Positions 1-12,971 of a stretch of 32,000 nucleotides of DNA are shown here, piece after piece. Every line of letters starts with the position of its first letter. Positions within the stretch are counted from its first letter, which is position 1. Origin of the DNA: Candidatus Nitrospira inopinata (GTDB taxonomy: Bacteria; Nitrospirota; Nitrospiria; Nitrospirales; Nitrospiraceae); NCBI RefSeq assembly GCF_001458695.1, contig NZ_LN885086.1, positions 2,790,001 through 2,822,000 of the forward strand, given 5' to 3'. The position numbers were made by a program, and so were the translations under genes. The notes below the pieces were generated by a model, which was not told the origin of the DNA, searched no databases, and was given only the letters and a program-made list of their open reading frames with translations.

Positions 1-548
1 GCCGGCGAGGTGTTGACGACCGATCAAGGGCGCGGGCTGGTGGATATTATCGCCCGCTACACACAGACCTTCCTCCTGCTGCAGCACTATGACGAGGGGC
101 TGCTCGCCGAGCCGAAGGGCGTGCCCGGTGGCGTGTTGCCAACGGCACAGGTGGCGCGCGCCGCGATCGCGCGGCTCAAGGCCGAACTCATCCAGCGCGG
201 CGAGGCGAGCGAACTGTTCGGCCGCGAGCGGGACAACGGGCTTACCGCGCTACTCGGGAATCTGGACCAGACGGTGCTCGGCGCACCCGCGTACCCGACC
301 ATCGAATCGAAAGCGGCGCACCTTCTGTATTTCGTGATCAAGGACCACCCGTTTGTCGATGGCAACAAACGCATCGGCTCGTTCTTGTTCGTCGAATTTC
401 TGGACCGCAACGGCCGCCTCTTCCGCGACGGCGAACCGGTGATCACGACATGGGGCTGGCGGCGCTCGCGCTGCTGGTAGCGGAGTCCGCCCCCAAGGAC
501 AAGGAGATAATGATCCGCCTCGTGATGAACATGCTCGCGGAGTCGTAG
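1..548 (+). pseudogene. Fic/DOC-family protein (RhuM-like, R-M-associated), 5' end outside the window; apparent 1-nt frameshift near nt 445-450
   Basis: Frame 1 is open from nt 1. A Doc-type motif HPFVDGNKR is at 346-372. The frame-1 tail [11 protein letters not shown] (stop 478-480) looks non-native. Frame 3 from 450 reads [32 protein letters not shown] and stops at 546-548, 2 nt before the hsdR GTG. Restoring one G in acg|gac would join the two frames. Confidence 0.65.
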
Positions 549-550
549 CC

Positions 551-3847
<3,297 letters not shown>

Positions 3848-3938
3848 AATCTCGCTCCTCTGGCCATGCCACTGGCTATTCGCCATGTGTCCATGTGTAT
3901 CCTTGCAACTCATGACATAGAATGCCTTATTTGCATGG

Positions 3939-5107
3939 ATGATCGAGCGAGCGCTGATGCCTGAGTTGCTAAGTGCTTTGGCCGAGGCACCGGCCGTGTG
4001 CCTGATCGGGCCCAAGCAGGCAGGCAAAACCACCTTGGCGCTTGCCGTCGCACAGCAACGCAGGGGACTGTACCTCGATCTTGAGTCCGAGGTGGATCGT
4101 GCCAAGCTGGCTGAGCCTGTAGCGTATCTTGAGCGCCACCTGGATCAGCTCGTGATCCTGGACGAAGTCTATCGCACGCCGGAGCTGTTTTCGCTCCTGC
4201 GTGGCCTTATCGATCGTGCGAGACGAAAAGGCCGAGGGACCGGTCGTTATCTCTTGCTGGGTTCGGCGGCGCTCAACTTGCTCCGCCAGTCCAGCGAATC
4301 GTTGGCCGGACGGATTCGTTTTCTGGAGCTGACCCCATTTCACCTGCGGGAACCGACCCAGCAGACTTGGGAAACCCTTTGGCTCCGCGGCGGCTTCCCC
4401 GGCAGTCTGCTGGCGGCAGACGATGCGCAAAGCCTGCGCTGGCGGCGGGACTTTCTCCGCACGTACTTGGAACGCGATATTCCCCAATTCGGCAGACGAA
4501 TTGCCGCCGAGACGCTGCGGCGCTTCTGGACCATGCTGGCACACCGCCAAGGCGCGCCGCTCAACTTGGCTGAATTGGCGCGTAATCTCGGCGTTGACAC
4601 CAGAACCGTGGCGCACTACGTCGATTTGTTAGTGGACTTGTTGCTGGTACGCCGTCTGCCCTCCTGGCACGCCAATGTGGGCAAACGTCTGGTCAAGACA
4701 CCTCGCCTGTTTCTGCGGGATAGCGGGCTGGTGCACGCGCTGCTTGGCATCCAGGATCTGGACAGTTTGCTCGCCCATCCCGGGTCGGAGCTAGTTGGGA
4801 GGGCTTTGTCATCGAAAACCTGTTGGTCTCGGCACCCGAGGGCACACACGCCTCCTACTGGCGCACCAGTGGGGGCGCCGAAATCGATCTGTTGTTGGAA
4901 CTGCCAGTCGGCGAGCGCTGGGCGATCGAGATCAAACGCAGCTTGGCCCCGTCACCGAGCCGAGACTTCCATAAGGCCTGCGACGATCTCAAGCCGCAGC
5001 ACCGCTTTGTCGTGTATCCAGGTTCAGAACGCTTTCCCGTTCGGGCCGGTGCCGAGGCAATTCCACCGGTGATCCTGGCTGCCGAACTGACTGCCCTGAG
5101 GAAGTGA
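3939..5107 (+). pseudogene. DUF4143-type AAA+ ATPase (COG1373-like) with an apparent 1-nt frameshift at the G-run 4782-4784
   Basis: Walker A GPKQAGKTT and Walker B-like LVILDEV. Frame 3 reads a normal family sequence up to ...LDSLLAHPG. From 4784, frame 2 reads VGASWEGFVIENLLVSAPEGTHASYWRTSGGAEIDLLLELPVGERWAIEIKRS...LRK* (stop 5105-5107), the usual C-terminal module. The frame-3 continuation to 5072 is Arg/Ser/Cys/Pro-rich junk. Confidence 0.75.
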
Positions 5108-5402
5108 TGAGCCTTTTCCCTTTCCACCTTGGACCAAACAGTCCTCACCGACTTCCGTAACGGGATGGGCTTGTTCTTTGTTCCTGTTGACAAGCGGTAC
5201 ATAGGCTCGTAAAAGCGCTGCTGGCAAGGCCGAGCCTCATCTGGCCGGAAGCGTTGGGGCAACTGATCCCCCCTCTGCCTGGGGTGCAGCCGTGGGTGAA
5301 CTGGCTCCGTCGGACCGGATCGCGGAGCAGGCGGTGCAGCTCGTTCAGCGAGGCGAGGGACACACTACGCGCTTCTATGTGGTGGGTCCAGAAGGTTGAT
5401 GC

Positions 5403-6407
5403 ATGCGCGCCTGGTTGATGGAACATTATCAAGGAGTAGATCAGCTTCGATTAGCCGAGGTGCCGGCTCCTCAACCTGGCGCTGGCGAGGTGGTGCTGAA
5501 GGTTCTGTTTGCCGCGCTCAATCCCGCCGATGCCTTTTTGGCGCAGGGGCTCTATCCGGCCAGGCCTCCCCTGCCCCATGTCCTCGGCCGTGACGGGGTT
5601 GGAGTGGTGACGACCATGGGCCCCGATGTTCAGTATCCCCGGATTGGCGACTGTGTGGGGGTTCTCCGTTGCGATGTGGGGGTGACCCGCTGGGGGACCC
5701 TGGCCGAAGAGGTGGCGGTTCCAGCGGACAGTGTTGCATCGATCCCTGACGGCTGGTCACCGGAGGAGATGGCCGGCGCTCCGCTCGTATTCCTCACGGC
5801 CTGGCAAGCCTTGACGCAATGGACCGAGCCACCGGCCCCTCCCCCACCAGGCCAACGGCTGCTGGTGACGGGCGCCTCGGGCGGGGTGGGCGTGGCCTCG
5901 GTGCTGTTGGGCAAATCCATGGGGCTTCCTGTCGTCGCCCTGTCGCGCAGCCAAGAGAAGGCAGCCCGTCTCCGTGAACTGGGCGCCGATTATGTGTTCG
6001 ATCCGGCTGATCCGAATTTGGTGAAAACCATGATCGACACCCTCGGCAGACATCCGATCGATCTGGCCGTTGACACGGTAGGAGGACCGTTATTCCCGAA
6101 AGTCATCGCGTTGCTGAGCCATGGCGGCCGCGTCAGCATCGTGGGGCGCAGCGGCGGGACCGTGCCCCAATTCAATACTGCGACTCTGCTGTTTCACCGC
6201 ATCCGGTTGGGAGGAGTATCGGTTGGGGATTACGGCCCTCAAGAAGCCCGGACGATTTGGGAGGACATCGTTCGCCGTCTTCGCTCTCTCGGTCGGAAAC
6301 CAGTAGTGGATTCGATCGTGCCGTTTGAAGAGGTCAAACAGGGCTTCGCCCGGCTTGCTCAAGGTCCGCTGGGCAAGGTGTTGGTCCGCATGACCCAATC
6401 CCTGTGA
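5403..6407 (+). CDS. NAD(P)H:quinone oxidoreductase-like, medium-chain dehydrogenase/reductase family
   Basis: 334 aa. The N-terminus has the GroES-like fold pattern (GEVVLKVLFAALNPAD, LGRDGVGVV). The nucleotide-binding loop is LVTGASGGVGVASVLLGK. A GAAGG sequence lies about 8 nt upstream of the ATG. Confidence 0.85.
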   Translation: MRAWLMEHYQGVDQLRLAEVPAPQPGAGEVVLKVLFAALNPADAFLAQGLYPARPPLPHVLGRDGVGVVTTMGPDVQYPRIGDCVGVLRCDVGVTRWGTLAEEVAVPADSVASIPDGWSPEEMAGAPLVFLTAWQALTQWTEPPAPPPPGQRLLVTGASGGVGVASVLLGKSMGLPVVALSRSQEKAARLRELGADYVFDPADPNLVKTMIDTLGRHPIDLAVDTVGGPLFPKVIALLSHGGRVSIVGRSGGTVPQFNTATLLFHRIRLGGVSVGDYGPQEARTIWEDIVRRLRSLGRKPVVDSIVPFEEVKQGFARLAQGPLGKVLVRMTQSL

Positions 6408-6465
6408 CCCAATAGGAGAGCCCCCGCCAACTCCTTCCGTAAAGGTTCAGCCGGAACGGCTACCC

Positions 6466-7068
6466 CTATCGACGTTCTCCGATCTTGGGCTCGGTCCCCC
6501 TGAGCAAGCGGATGATGTTGTCCTTATGTCGGACGACGATCAGCAAAGTGATGGTGAACGAAAACAGCAGAAACGGCCCGGTCGGATGGACGAACACCGC
6601 GATGATCGGAAACAGCCCAAAGGCGGTCAACGCCCCTCCGGAGGAATAGCGCCACAGGGCCACCGCTCCGATCCAAGCCACGAGCAGCACCAGCCCGATC
6701 ATGGGTGCCACGCCGAGCACGGAGCCCAGCGCCGTGGCCACTCCCTTACCGCCCCTGAATTTCAAAAATGGGGAATAGAGGTGGCCGATGAAGGGAGCCA
6801 TCGCGATCAAGAGAATCGGCCATTCCGTCTGATACCACTGCGTCGCTCCATAGGCCATGATCCAGCCCTTGCCCATGTCGCCGATCAGGGTGAGAATACC
6901 GGCTTGTTTCCCGGCCACCCGCAAGACATTCGTGAATCCCACATTCTTGCTGCCGACGGTCCTCGGATCCGGCAATCCCATCGCTTTACAGACCACGACG
7001 CCGAATGGAATCCCGCCCAGCACATACCCAACAAGGATGAGCGGAAGGGTCAATCCGGAGAGATCCAT
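6466..7068 (-). CDS. plsY: Glycerol-3-phosphate acyltransferase PlsY
   Basis: 200-aa polytopic membrane protein with GSKNVGFTNVLR and FRGGKGVATALG signature blocks. Confidence 0.93.
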   Translation of the reverse strand: MDLSGLTLPLILVGYVLGGIPFGVVVCKAMGLPDPRTVGSKNVGFTNVLRVAGKQAGILTLIGDMGKGWIMAYGATQWYQTEWPILLIAMAPFIGHLYSPFLKFRGGKGVATALGSVLGVAPMIGLVLLVAWIGAVALWRYSSGGALTAFGLFPIIAVFVHPTGPFLLFSFTITLLIVVRHKDNIIRLLRGTEPKIGERR

Positions 7069-7077
7069 GAGTGACGT

Positions 7078-7977
7078 CTATTCTTCCGGCGAGTCGCCGC
7101 CACCGTTCACGGGAGATTTCGACTCTTGGCGAAACATCTCCGGCTGCGTGAAAAACTTGATCATCAGATGATTCTGACCGGGCCAGTCTCGATGGCCGCC
7201 CGATCCTTCACAATAGAGTGTCGGCCCGTTCGCGTCGCAATGTTGATACGCGACACACCCGGCCTCGATGACGGTGGTCTTTGTCGTGTTGCAATGGTTG
7301 CATGAGGCCCACCAGGCCGCCGTTTGACGGCCCCAACCGGGAAACAATCGATCGTTCTTTCCGTGGAAAATCATGACCGGCAACGGCGCCGGACAGTGAT
7401 AGGCCTCCAGATCCTTGCTGGTCCACCCGGCGGCGCTCGGAGCGATGGCGGCTGGAACCTGCTTGGTTTGATCAAGTACCGCTAGCGCCAAGGCCGCCGT
7501 GCCTCCATCCGAGTGACCGGTGATGTACACGCGTCGCTCGTCAATGCACCAGGTCCTGGCAATCTCGCCGGGCACTGTCGCCAGTTTTTCAATAGTGGGG
7601 ATGTTGAGCGGCTGATGATCGACATAGGCGACGATCATTCCGGCTTTTGTCGCCGCCGGCGTGAGTCCGGTGAACCGCTCCATTGCCTGCCCGGTTTGTC
7701 CTGCCGCGGCAGAGACCATCAGCAGCGGATGGGCGACCGTGGGGTTGTAATTGGACGGTGTGCGCACATGATAGCGGAGACCTGAAACGGAGAGATGGCC
7801 GTCACTTGCTCCGATCGGACCGGGCCGAGCTCCTGCTTCGCATCCAACCGCCTGGACGCCGAGGTACTCATAGGCTTCGACTTGTGGAGGAGGATCCTCG
7901 TTCTTCTGGCAGCCAAAGACCATGAAGAGAAGGCTCAGGAGACAGAAGACTCGCGGAAGGGAAAAGTCGTGTTTCAC
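7078..7977 (-). CDS. Secreted/lipoprotein alpha/beta-hydrolase, PHB-depolymerase/LpqC-like esterase family
   Basis: GTG start. Signal peptide MKHDFSLPRVFCLLSLLFMVFGC. Nucleophile elbow GHSDGG. Cys-rich C-terminal pattern (HGKND..., WASCNHC, YQHC, GGHRDWPG) resembling COG3509 esterases. Confidence 0.7.
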   Translation of the reverse strand: MKHDFSLPRVFCLLSLLFMVFGCQKNEDPPPQVEAYEYLGVQAVGCEAGARPGPIGASDGHLSVSGLRYHVRTPSNYNPTVAHPLLMVSAAAGQTGQAMERFTGLTPAATKAGMIVAYVDHQPLNIPTIEKLATVPGEIARTWCIDERRVYITGHSDGGTAALALAVLDQTKQVPAAIAPSAAGWTSKDLEAYHCPAPLPVMIFHGKNDRLFPGWGRQTAAWWASCNHCNTTKTTVIEAGCVAYQHCDANGPTLYCEGSGGHRDWPGQNHLMIKFFTQPEMFRQESKSPVNGGGDSPEE

Positions 7978-8001
7978 GACGGGCGGTCAATCGAAGCCTG
8001 T

Positions 8002-8598
8002 TTAGAATCCCTTGGCCACGATTTGCTTCCAGAAGCTCCGTACGTACTGCCAACCGGATACATAGCCGAGCACGAGAGACAGGTAAAGGGTCGCACTCCC
8101 CACGAGATAGACGTTGCCGAATTCGGCGACCCAGGTTCCGTCCAGGATCAACAGCACGATCGCCACCACTTGCAGGGCCATCTTGTACTTGCCCATCGTC
8201 TGGGCCGCGATGATCATCCGTTCGCCGGCGGCCATGGCGCGGACGCCCGTCACGGTCAATTCCCGAGCGATGATGAGGATCGCCACGAGCGCGCCGACTC
8301 GATCCACGTTCACGAGCAGAATGAGCGCCGACAACACCAACAGTTTGTCGGCAATAGGGTCGAGCAGCTTGCCGAGCTTCGTAATCTGACCGGTGCGGCG
8401 GGCGATGTATCCGTCAAGCAAATCGGTGACGGCCGCGGCGGTGAAGATCACGGCGGCCAACAATGATCGTTCCGGAGTCGGATCCATGAAGACGAGCACA
8501 AAGATCGGGATCAACAGGATCCGTCCCAACGTGAGCACGTTGGGCAGATTGAGAGAGTCTTGCCCGATCTCTTTCCACGTTTCGAGGACGCGGTTCAT
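8002..8598 (-). CDS. pgsA: CDP-diacylglycerol--glycerol-3-phosphate 3-phosphatidyltransferase
   Basis: CDP-alcohol phosphatidyltransferase motif DLLDGYIARRTGQITKLGKLLDPIADK. The ATG overlaps the kdsD stop (ATGA at 8595-8598). Confidence 0.92.
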   Translation of the reverse strand: MNRVLETWKEIGQDSLNLPNVLTLGRILLIPIFVLVFMDPTPERSLLAAVIFTAAAVTDLLDGYIARRTGQITKLGKLLDPIADKLLVLSALILLVNVDRVGALVAILIIARELTVTGVRAMAAGERMIIAAQTMGKYKMALQVVAIVLLILDGTWVAEFGNVYLVGSATLYLSLVLGYVSGWQYVRSFWKQIVAKGF

Positions 8599-9635
8599 AC
8601 GATTCCGTTTTTGAGGAGATCGTGCAGATGGATCACGCCCAGGATGCGGCGATCGCCTGCCGTGACGACGAGCGTGGTGATCGAAAACCGTTCCATGATT
8701 TCGACCGCTTTCGCCGCCAAATCATCTGGCCCGATCGTTTTGGGATTCCCCGTGCTCAAGTCTTTCGCCGTCGCATGAACGACGTCTCCTCCCCGCTGGA
8801 GGAACCGCCGCACGTCGCCGTCGGTGATGACGCCGACCAGCTCATTTCGTTCGTCCACGACGGTGGTCATGCCGAGCTTCTTCTCCGTCATTTCCAAAAT
8901 GGCGGCCATGCCCGCGGTGGATTCCTTGACCCTCGGCACGGCCGAGCCGGCGTGCATGAGATCCTTGACCGTGACGAGCAACCGACGGCCGAGCGTCCCA
9001 CCCGGATGAAACAGCGCAAAATCCTCCCGTTTGAAGCCGCGCCTCTGCAACAGCGCGACGGCGAGCGCATCGCCCATGGCCAGGGTGGCGGTGGTGCTGG
9101 CGGTAGGGGCCAATCCCAACGGACAGGCCTCTTCCGCCACCGACACGTCCAACGCTACGTCGGCGTGTTTGGCCAGCGTGGAATTCATCCGCCCCGTCAG
9201 CGCGATCACCGGCATCCCCATCCGTTCGACGTACGGCAGCACTTGAAGCAACTCCTGCGTCTCTCCGCTGTTGGAAATGGCGATCAGCGCGTCCCCCCGT
9301 GCCAACATGCCGAGATCCCCGTGCACCCCCTCGGCGGGGTGGACAAAGAACGAGGGCGTGCCGGTGCTGGCGAGCGTCGCGGCGATCTTTTGCCCGATCA
9401 GACCCGATTTGCCCATGCCACACACCACGACCTTGCCCTCGCACCGCTCGAGCACATCAACGGCCCGGACGAACGTTTCGTCCAGCCGATCGACGAGGGC
9501 GAGCACCGCGCGGGCCTCGATCTCGAGCACGCGCCTGCCCTCTTCAAGACTCTCCGGACGCCCGCTATCGTTCGACACCGACGACGAGACCGGCGTGGCG
9601 GATGACCCTAGTTTTCTCGATTTGCCGCGTTCCAT
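8595..9635 (-). CDS. kdsD: Arabinose-5-phosphate isomerase (KpsF/GutQ/KdsD family)
   Basis: SIS domain with [19 protein letters not shown], plus a C-terminal CBS pair. The start is uncertain: this ATG overlaps the kdsA 3' end by 28 nt and has no clear SD. Confidence 0.88.
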   Translation of the reverse strand: MERGKSRKLGSSATPVSSSVSNDSGRPESLEEGRRVLEIEARAVLALVDRLDETFVRAVDVLERCEGKVVVCGMGKSGLIGQKIAATLASTGTPSFFVHPAEGVHGDLGMLARGDALIAISNSGETQELLQVLPYVERMGMPVIALTGRMNSTLAKHADVALDVSVAEEACPLGLAPTASTTATLAMGDALAVALLQRRGFKREDFALFHPGGTLGRRLLVTVKDLMHAGSAVPRVKESTAGMAAILEMTEKKLGMTTVVDERNELVGVITDGDVRRFLQRGGDVVHATAKDLSTGNPKTIGPDDLAAKAVEIMERFSITTLVVTAGDRRILGVIHLHDLLKNGIV

Positions 9636-10435
9636 ACCCGCAGGACTCGCTCCAACAGCGTTTTCAGTTGATGCAACGGCACCATGTTCGGCCCGTCGGA
9701 CAGGGCTTGATCGGGGTCTGGATGCACCTCCATGAAAAACCCATCGACGCCGGCTCCCGCCGCCGCGCGGGCCAGCGGCTCCACGAATTCCCGTTGGCCG
9801 CTCGATTTGGTGCCGCCGCCGCCCGGCAACTGCACACTATGGGTCGCGTCAAACACGACGGGATACCCGAACCGCCGCATGATGGGAAAGGACCGCATGT
9901 CCACCACGAGGTTGTTGTACCCGAACGACGACCCCCGCTCGGTCAGAAGCAAGCGGCGGCTGCCGCATTCTTCGACTTTTTTTACCACGTTTTCCATCTC
10001 GGCGGGGGAAAGAAACTGCCCCTTCTTCACGTTGACTACCCTGCCGGTGTTCGCCGCCGCGATCAACAGATCGGTTTGCCGGCACAGGAACGCCGGAATT
10101 TGGAGCACGTCCACGATCGTCCCCGCCTCCGTCGCCTGTTGCTCGGTGTGCACATCCGTCAAGACGGGAACGCCGATCTCCGTCTTCACTCGCGCCAAAA
10201 CGGCCAGCCCCTTTTCCAATCCTGGCCCGCGGAACGACGAAATCGACGTGCGGTTCGCCTTGTCAAATGACGATTTGAACACATAGGGCATCCCCAGCGA
10301 TCGGGCGATCTCCGCCACCCGTCCCGCCGTATCCATCGCCAACTGTTCGCTTTCGATCACACAGGGACCGGCGATCAAGAACGGCGGCCGCCCGGGCCCG
10401 ACCGTGATGGAACCGATGTCAACGAGGTGCGCCAT
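9608..10435 (-). CDS. kdsA: 3-deoxy-8-phosphooctulonate (KDO-8-P) synthase
   Basis: 275 aa, with [23 protein letters not shown] and [11 protein letters not shown] blocks typical of KdsA. Confidence 0.94.
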   Translation of the reverse strand: MAHLVDIGSITVGPGRPPFLIAGPCVIESEQLAMDTAGRVAEIARSLGMPYVFKSSFDKANRTSISSFRGPGLEKGLAVLARVKTEIGVPVLTDVHTEQQATEAGTIVDVLQIPAFLCRQTDLLIAAANTGRVVNVKKGQFLSPAEMENVVKKVEECGSRRLLLTERGSSFGYNNLVVDMRSFPIMRRFGYPVVFDATHSVQLPGGGGTKSSGQREFVEPLARAAAGAGVDGFFMEVHPDPDQALSDGPNMVPLHQLKTLLERVLRVWNAANREN

Positions 10436-10526
10436 GGTGGTTACGCTCCGGCTTCGGTCGCGGTGGAACGGGGCGGAACATCGTCCGCTTCTTGACTGCG
10501 TCGCGGCCTCGGCCCCGACTTTCGCT

Positions 10527-12128
10527 CTAGCGCCCCAACTTTCTCTGCAACGCCGCGCCCACGAATCCGCTGAACAGCGGGTGGGGGCGATGGGGGCGAG
10601 AATTGTATTCCGGATGGAACTGGGTTCCCAAGAACCAGGGATGGTCCTTCAATTCGATGATCTCGACCAGCCGCCCGTCCGGAGACAAGCCGCTCAGCAC
10701 GAGCCCCTTCGCCGTCAATCGCTCGCGATAGGCATTGTTGAATTCGTACCGGTGGCGGTGGCGTTCGCGCACCTCGTCCACTCCGTACATTTTCTGCGCG
10801 AGCGTGCCCTCGCCGAGCTTGCACGGATACGCGCCCAGGCGCATCGTGCCGCCCTTGTCGCTGACTCCATGCTGGTCGGACATCAAATGCACGACCGGAT
10901 GCGGAGTGCGCTCGTCGAACTCGGCGCTGTTGGCGCCGTCCAGCCCGGCCACGTTGCGGGCGAATTCGATCGCCGCGCACTGCATGCCCAGACACAAACC
11001 GAGAAACGGGATCTTCCGCTCCCGCGCATAGGTGATCGCCGCGACCTTGCCCTCGATGCCGCGAGTCCCGAACCCTCCGGGAATGAGAATGCCGTCGGCC
11101 TCGCGCAACAGCCGTTCCGTTCCCGATCGCTCAACGTCTTCGGACTCGATCCAAGCGACGTTGACTTTCGTCTCATGATCGATCCCTCCGTGAACGAGCG
11201 CTTCCCCCAGGCTCTTGTAACATTCCTTCAGCCCCACGTACTTGCCCACCAGCGCGATCAAGACCTCGTGTTTGGGCCGTTTGATCTTCTGAACCATCGC
11301 GTCCCACTCGCGGAGGTTCGGCTGACCCGCCTCCAGATGCAGGAGGCGAACGATCAACTCGTCCAACCCTTCTTTCCGAAAAACGATGGGGACTTCGTAG
11401 ATCGTTTCGACGTCCTTGGCGGTGATGACGGCGTCTTTTTCGACGTTGCAGAACAGGGCGATCTTGCTCTTCAGCTCAGGCGGCAGGTACCGATCGGTCC
11501 GGCACAGCAGAATGTTGGGTTGGATACCGATCTCGCGCAGCTTGTTGACCGAGTGCTGGGTCGGCTTGGTCTTCAGTTCACCGGCGGCGCTGATGTACGG
11601 CACCAACGTGAGGTGGACGTACAGCACGTTGTCGCGACCCACGTCATAGGGCAACTGCCGAATGGCCTCGAGAAACGGCAGACTCTCGATGTCGCCCACC
11701 GTGCCGCCGATCTCGACGATGGTGACGTCCTTGTCTTCGGCGATGCGGGTGATCGCGTGTTTGATCTCGTCCGTCACGTGCGGCACCACTTGCACCGTGC
11801 CGCCGAGATAATCTCCGCGCCGTTCTTTCATGATGACCGAGTGATAGATCCGCCCGGTCGTGTAATTGTTCTCCTTCGTCAGCGACAGCGAGGTGAACCG
11901 CTCATAGTGCCCCAAATCCAGATCGGTTTCGGCCCCGTCGTCCGTCACGTATACTTCGCCGTGCTGATAGGGATTCATCGTCCCCGGATCGACGTTGATG
12001 TACGGATCGAGCTTCAAAAACGTGACCTTGAGTCCGCGGCTCTCGAGCAGATTGCCGATGGACGCCGAAGCCAACCCCTTCCCCAAGGAGGATACGACCC
12101 CGCCCGTCACAAAAATAAATTTGCTCAT
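10527..12128 (-). CDS. pyrG: CTP synthase
   Basis: 533 aa. N-terminus [16 protein letters not shown]. Glutaminase active site GLCLGMQ. A strong SD (GGAGGAGG) lies upstream. Confidence 0.97.
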   Translation of the reverse strand: MSKFIFVTGGVVSSLGKGLASASIGNLLESRGLKVTFLKLDPYINVDPGTMNPYQHGEVYVTDDGAETDLDLGHYERFTSLSLTKENNYTTGRIYHSVIMKERRGDYLGGTVQVVPHVTDEIKHAITRIAEDKDVTIVEIGGTVGDIESLPFLEAIRQLPYDVGRDNVLYVHLTLVPYISAAGELKTKPTQHSVNKLREIGIQPNILLCRTDRYLPPELKSKIALFCNVEKDAVITAKDVETIYEVPIVFRKEGLDELIVRLLHLEAGQPNLREWDAMVQKIKRPKHEVLIALVGKYVGLKECYKSLGEALVHGGIDHETKVNVAWIESEDVERSGTERLLREADGILIPGGFGTRGIEGKVAAITYARERKIPFLGLCLGMQCAAIEFARNVAGLDGANSAEFDERTPHPVVHLMSDQHGVSDKGGTMRLGAYPCKLGEGTLAQKMYGVDEVRERHRHRYEFNNAYRERLTAKGLVLSGLSPDGRLVEIIELKDHPWFLGTQFHPEYNSRPHRPHPLFSGFVGAALQRKLGR

Positions 12129-12182
12129 GGCTGCCTCCTCCGCCGCTCAGACTGCGGGCACCCGTCTTTCATCCACACCGGC

Positions 12183-12971
12183 TCACGCGGGATTTCTCAA
12201 CTGAATTTCCCGCTTGATGATCTCGAATTCGCGCAGTTTCTCGGCGACCATGGACACGTCGTCCGGCCGATCGACCCGCAACGACGCGTGTTTGGTTTCC
12301 CACACCCTGATACGAATGCCGTGTTCCAGAGCCCGCAACTGTTCCAGTTTCTCGGCGTCTTCCAAAGAACCGGTCGGCAACGACGCCAACTTGAACAGCA
12401 TCTCCCGCTTGTACATGTACAGCCCCAGATGGACATAGTGCAGTCCGCCGACGACCCGACGGTCCGCATCATCGCGCACGACAGGAATCGGCGCCCGAGA
12501 GAAATAAAGGGCGTCGCCGCGCGAATCCGTCACCACCTTGACCACGGCCGGGTTGTGCAGATCGTCCGTCGTATCCATCACCCGCTTCAAGGTGCCCATC
12601 TCGACATTGCTTCGGACGAACGGATCGATCAGGTCGTTCAGCAGTTTGGGACTCAAGAGAATCTCATCGCCTTGCAGGTTCACGAACAGGTCGCCCGCAA
12701 ACATGCGCGCCACCGCCGCGACTCGATCGGTGCCCGTGCGGTAGTCCCCGTTCGTCATGACCACGCGCCCCTTGAACCGCTCGACCACCTGTTTGATCCG
12801 CTCGTCGTCCGTCGCCACCATGACGTCGGACACAAGGTCGCAGGCCGCCGCCTGTTCATACACATGTTGGATCAACGGCTTGCCGTTGAGCAGGGTCAAC
12901 GGTTTGCCTGGAAATCGTGACGAGCCGTACCGCGCGGGGATGACGACGGTGACGGGACGCGCATTACCCAT
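12183..12971 (-). CDS. kdsB: 3-deoxy-manno-octulosonate cytidylyltransferase (CMP-KDO synthetase)
   Basis: 262 aa with VIPARYGSSRFPGKPL at the N-terminus. The start overlaps the upstream gene's stop by 8 nt. Confidence 0.93.
   Translation of the reverse strand: MGNARPVTVVIPARYGSSRFPGKPLTLLNGKPLIQHVYEQAAACDLVSDVMVATDDERIKQVVERFKGRVVMTNGDYRTGTDRVAAVARMFAGDLFVNLQGDEILLSPKLLNDLIDPFVRSNVEMGTLKRVMDTTDDLHNPAVVKVVTDSRGDALYFSRAPIPVVRDDADRRVVGGLHYVHLGLYMYKREMLFKLASLPTGSLEDAEKLEQLRALEHGIRIRVWETKHASLRVDRPDDVSMVAEKLREFEIIKREIQLRNPA

Noticed and set aside
5187-5221. TTGACA-N17-TAAAAG promoter-like match in the 5108-5402 spacer
   Set aside because: The -10 lacks the invariant final T, and nothing obvious lies downstream for about 180 nt. 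The evidence is too weak to call.
5145-5432. 95-aa minus-strand ORF in the island/core spacer, considered as a possible integrase or transposase remnant
   Set aside because: I could recognise no recombinase or transposase motifs. It overlaps the qor start and its composition looks non-coding.
6408-6465. Short hairpins (agccg-gaa-cggct; ggag...ctcc) between the convergent qor and plsY genes, considered as a bidirectional terminator
   Set aside because: The stems are only 4-5 bp and no U-tract lies on either strand.
8622-10270. 327-aa and 323-aa plus-strand ORFs opposite kdsD and kdsA
   Set aside because: These are shadow ORFs, Arg/His/Gly/Pro-rich with no motifs.
10404-12920. 838-aa plus-strand ORF spanning the antisense of pyrG, the pyrG-kdsB spacer and kdsB
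   Set aside because: It lies entirely opposite two genes with unmistakable homology. Its composition (Arg/His/Asp/Val/Gln-rich, no recognisable motifs) is typical of stop-poor antisense frames in GC-rich DNA. I saw no SD or promoter.
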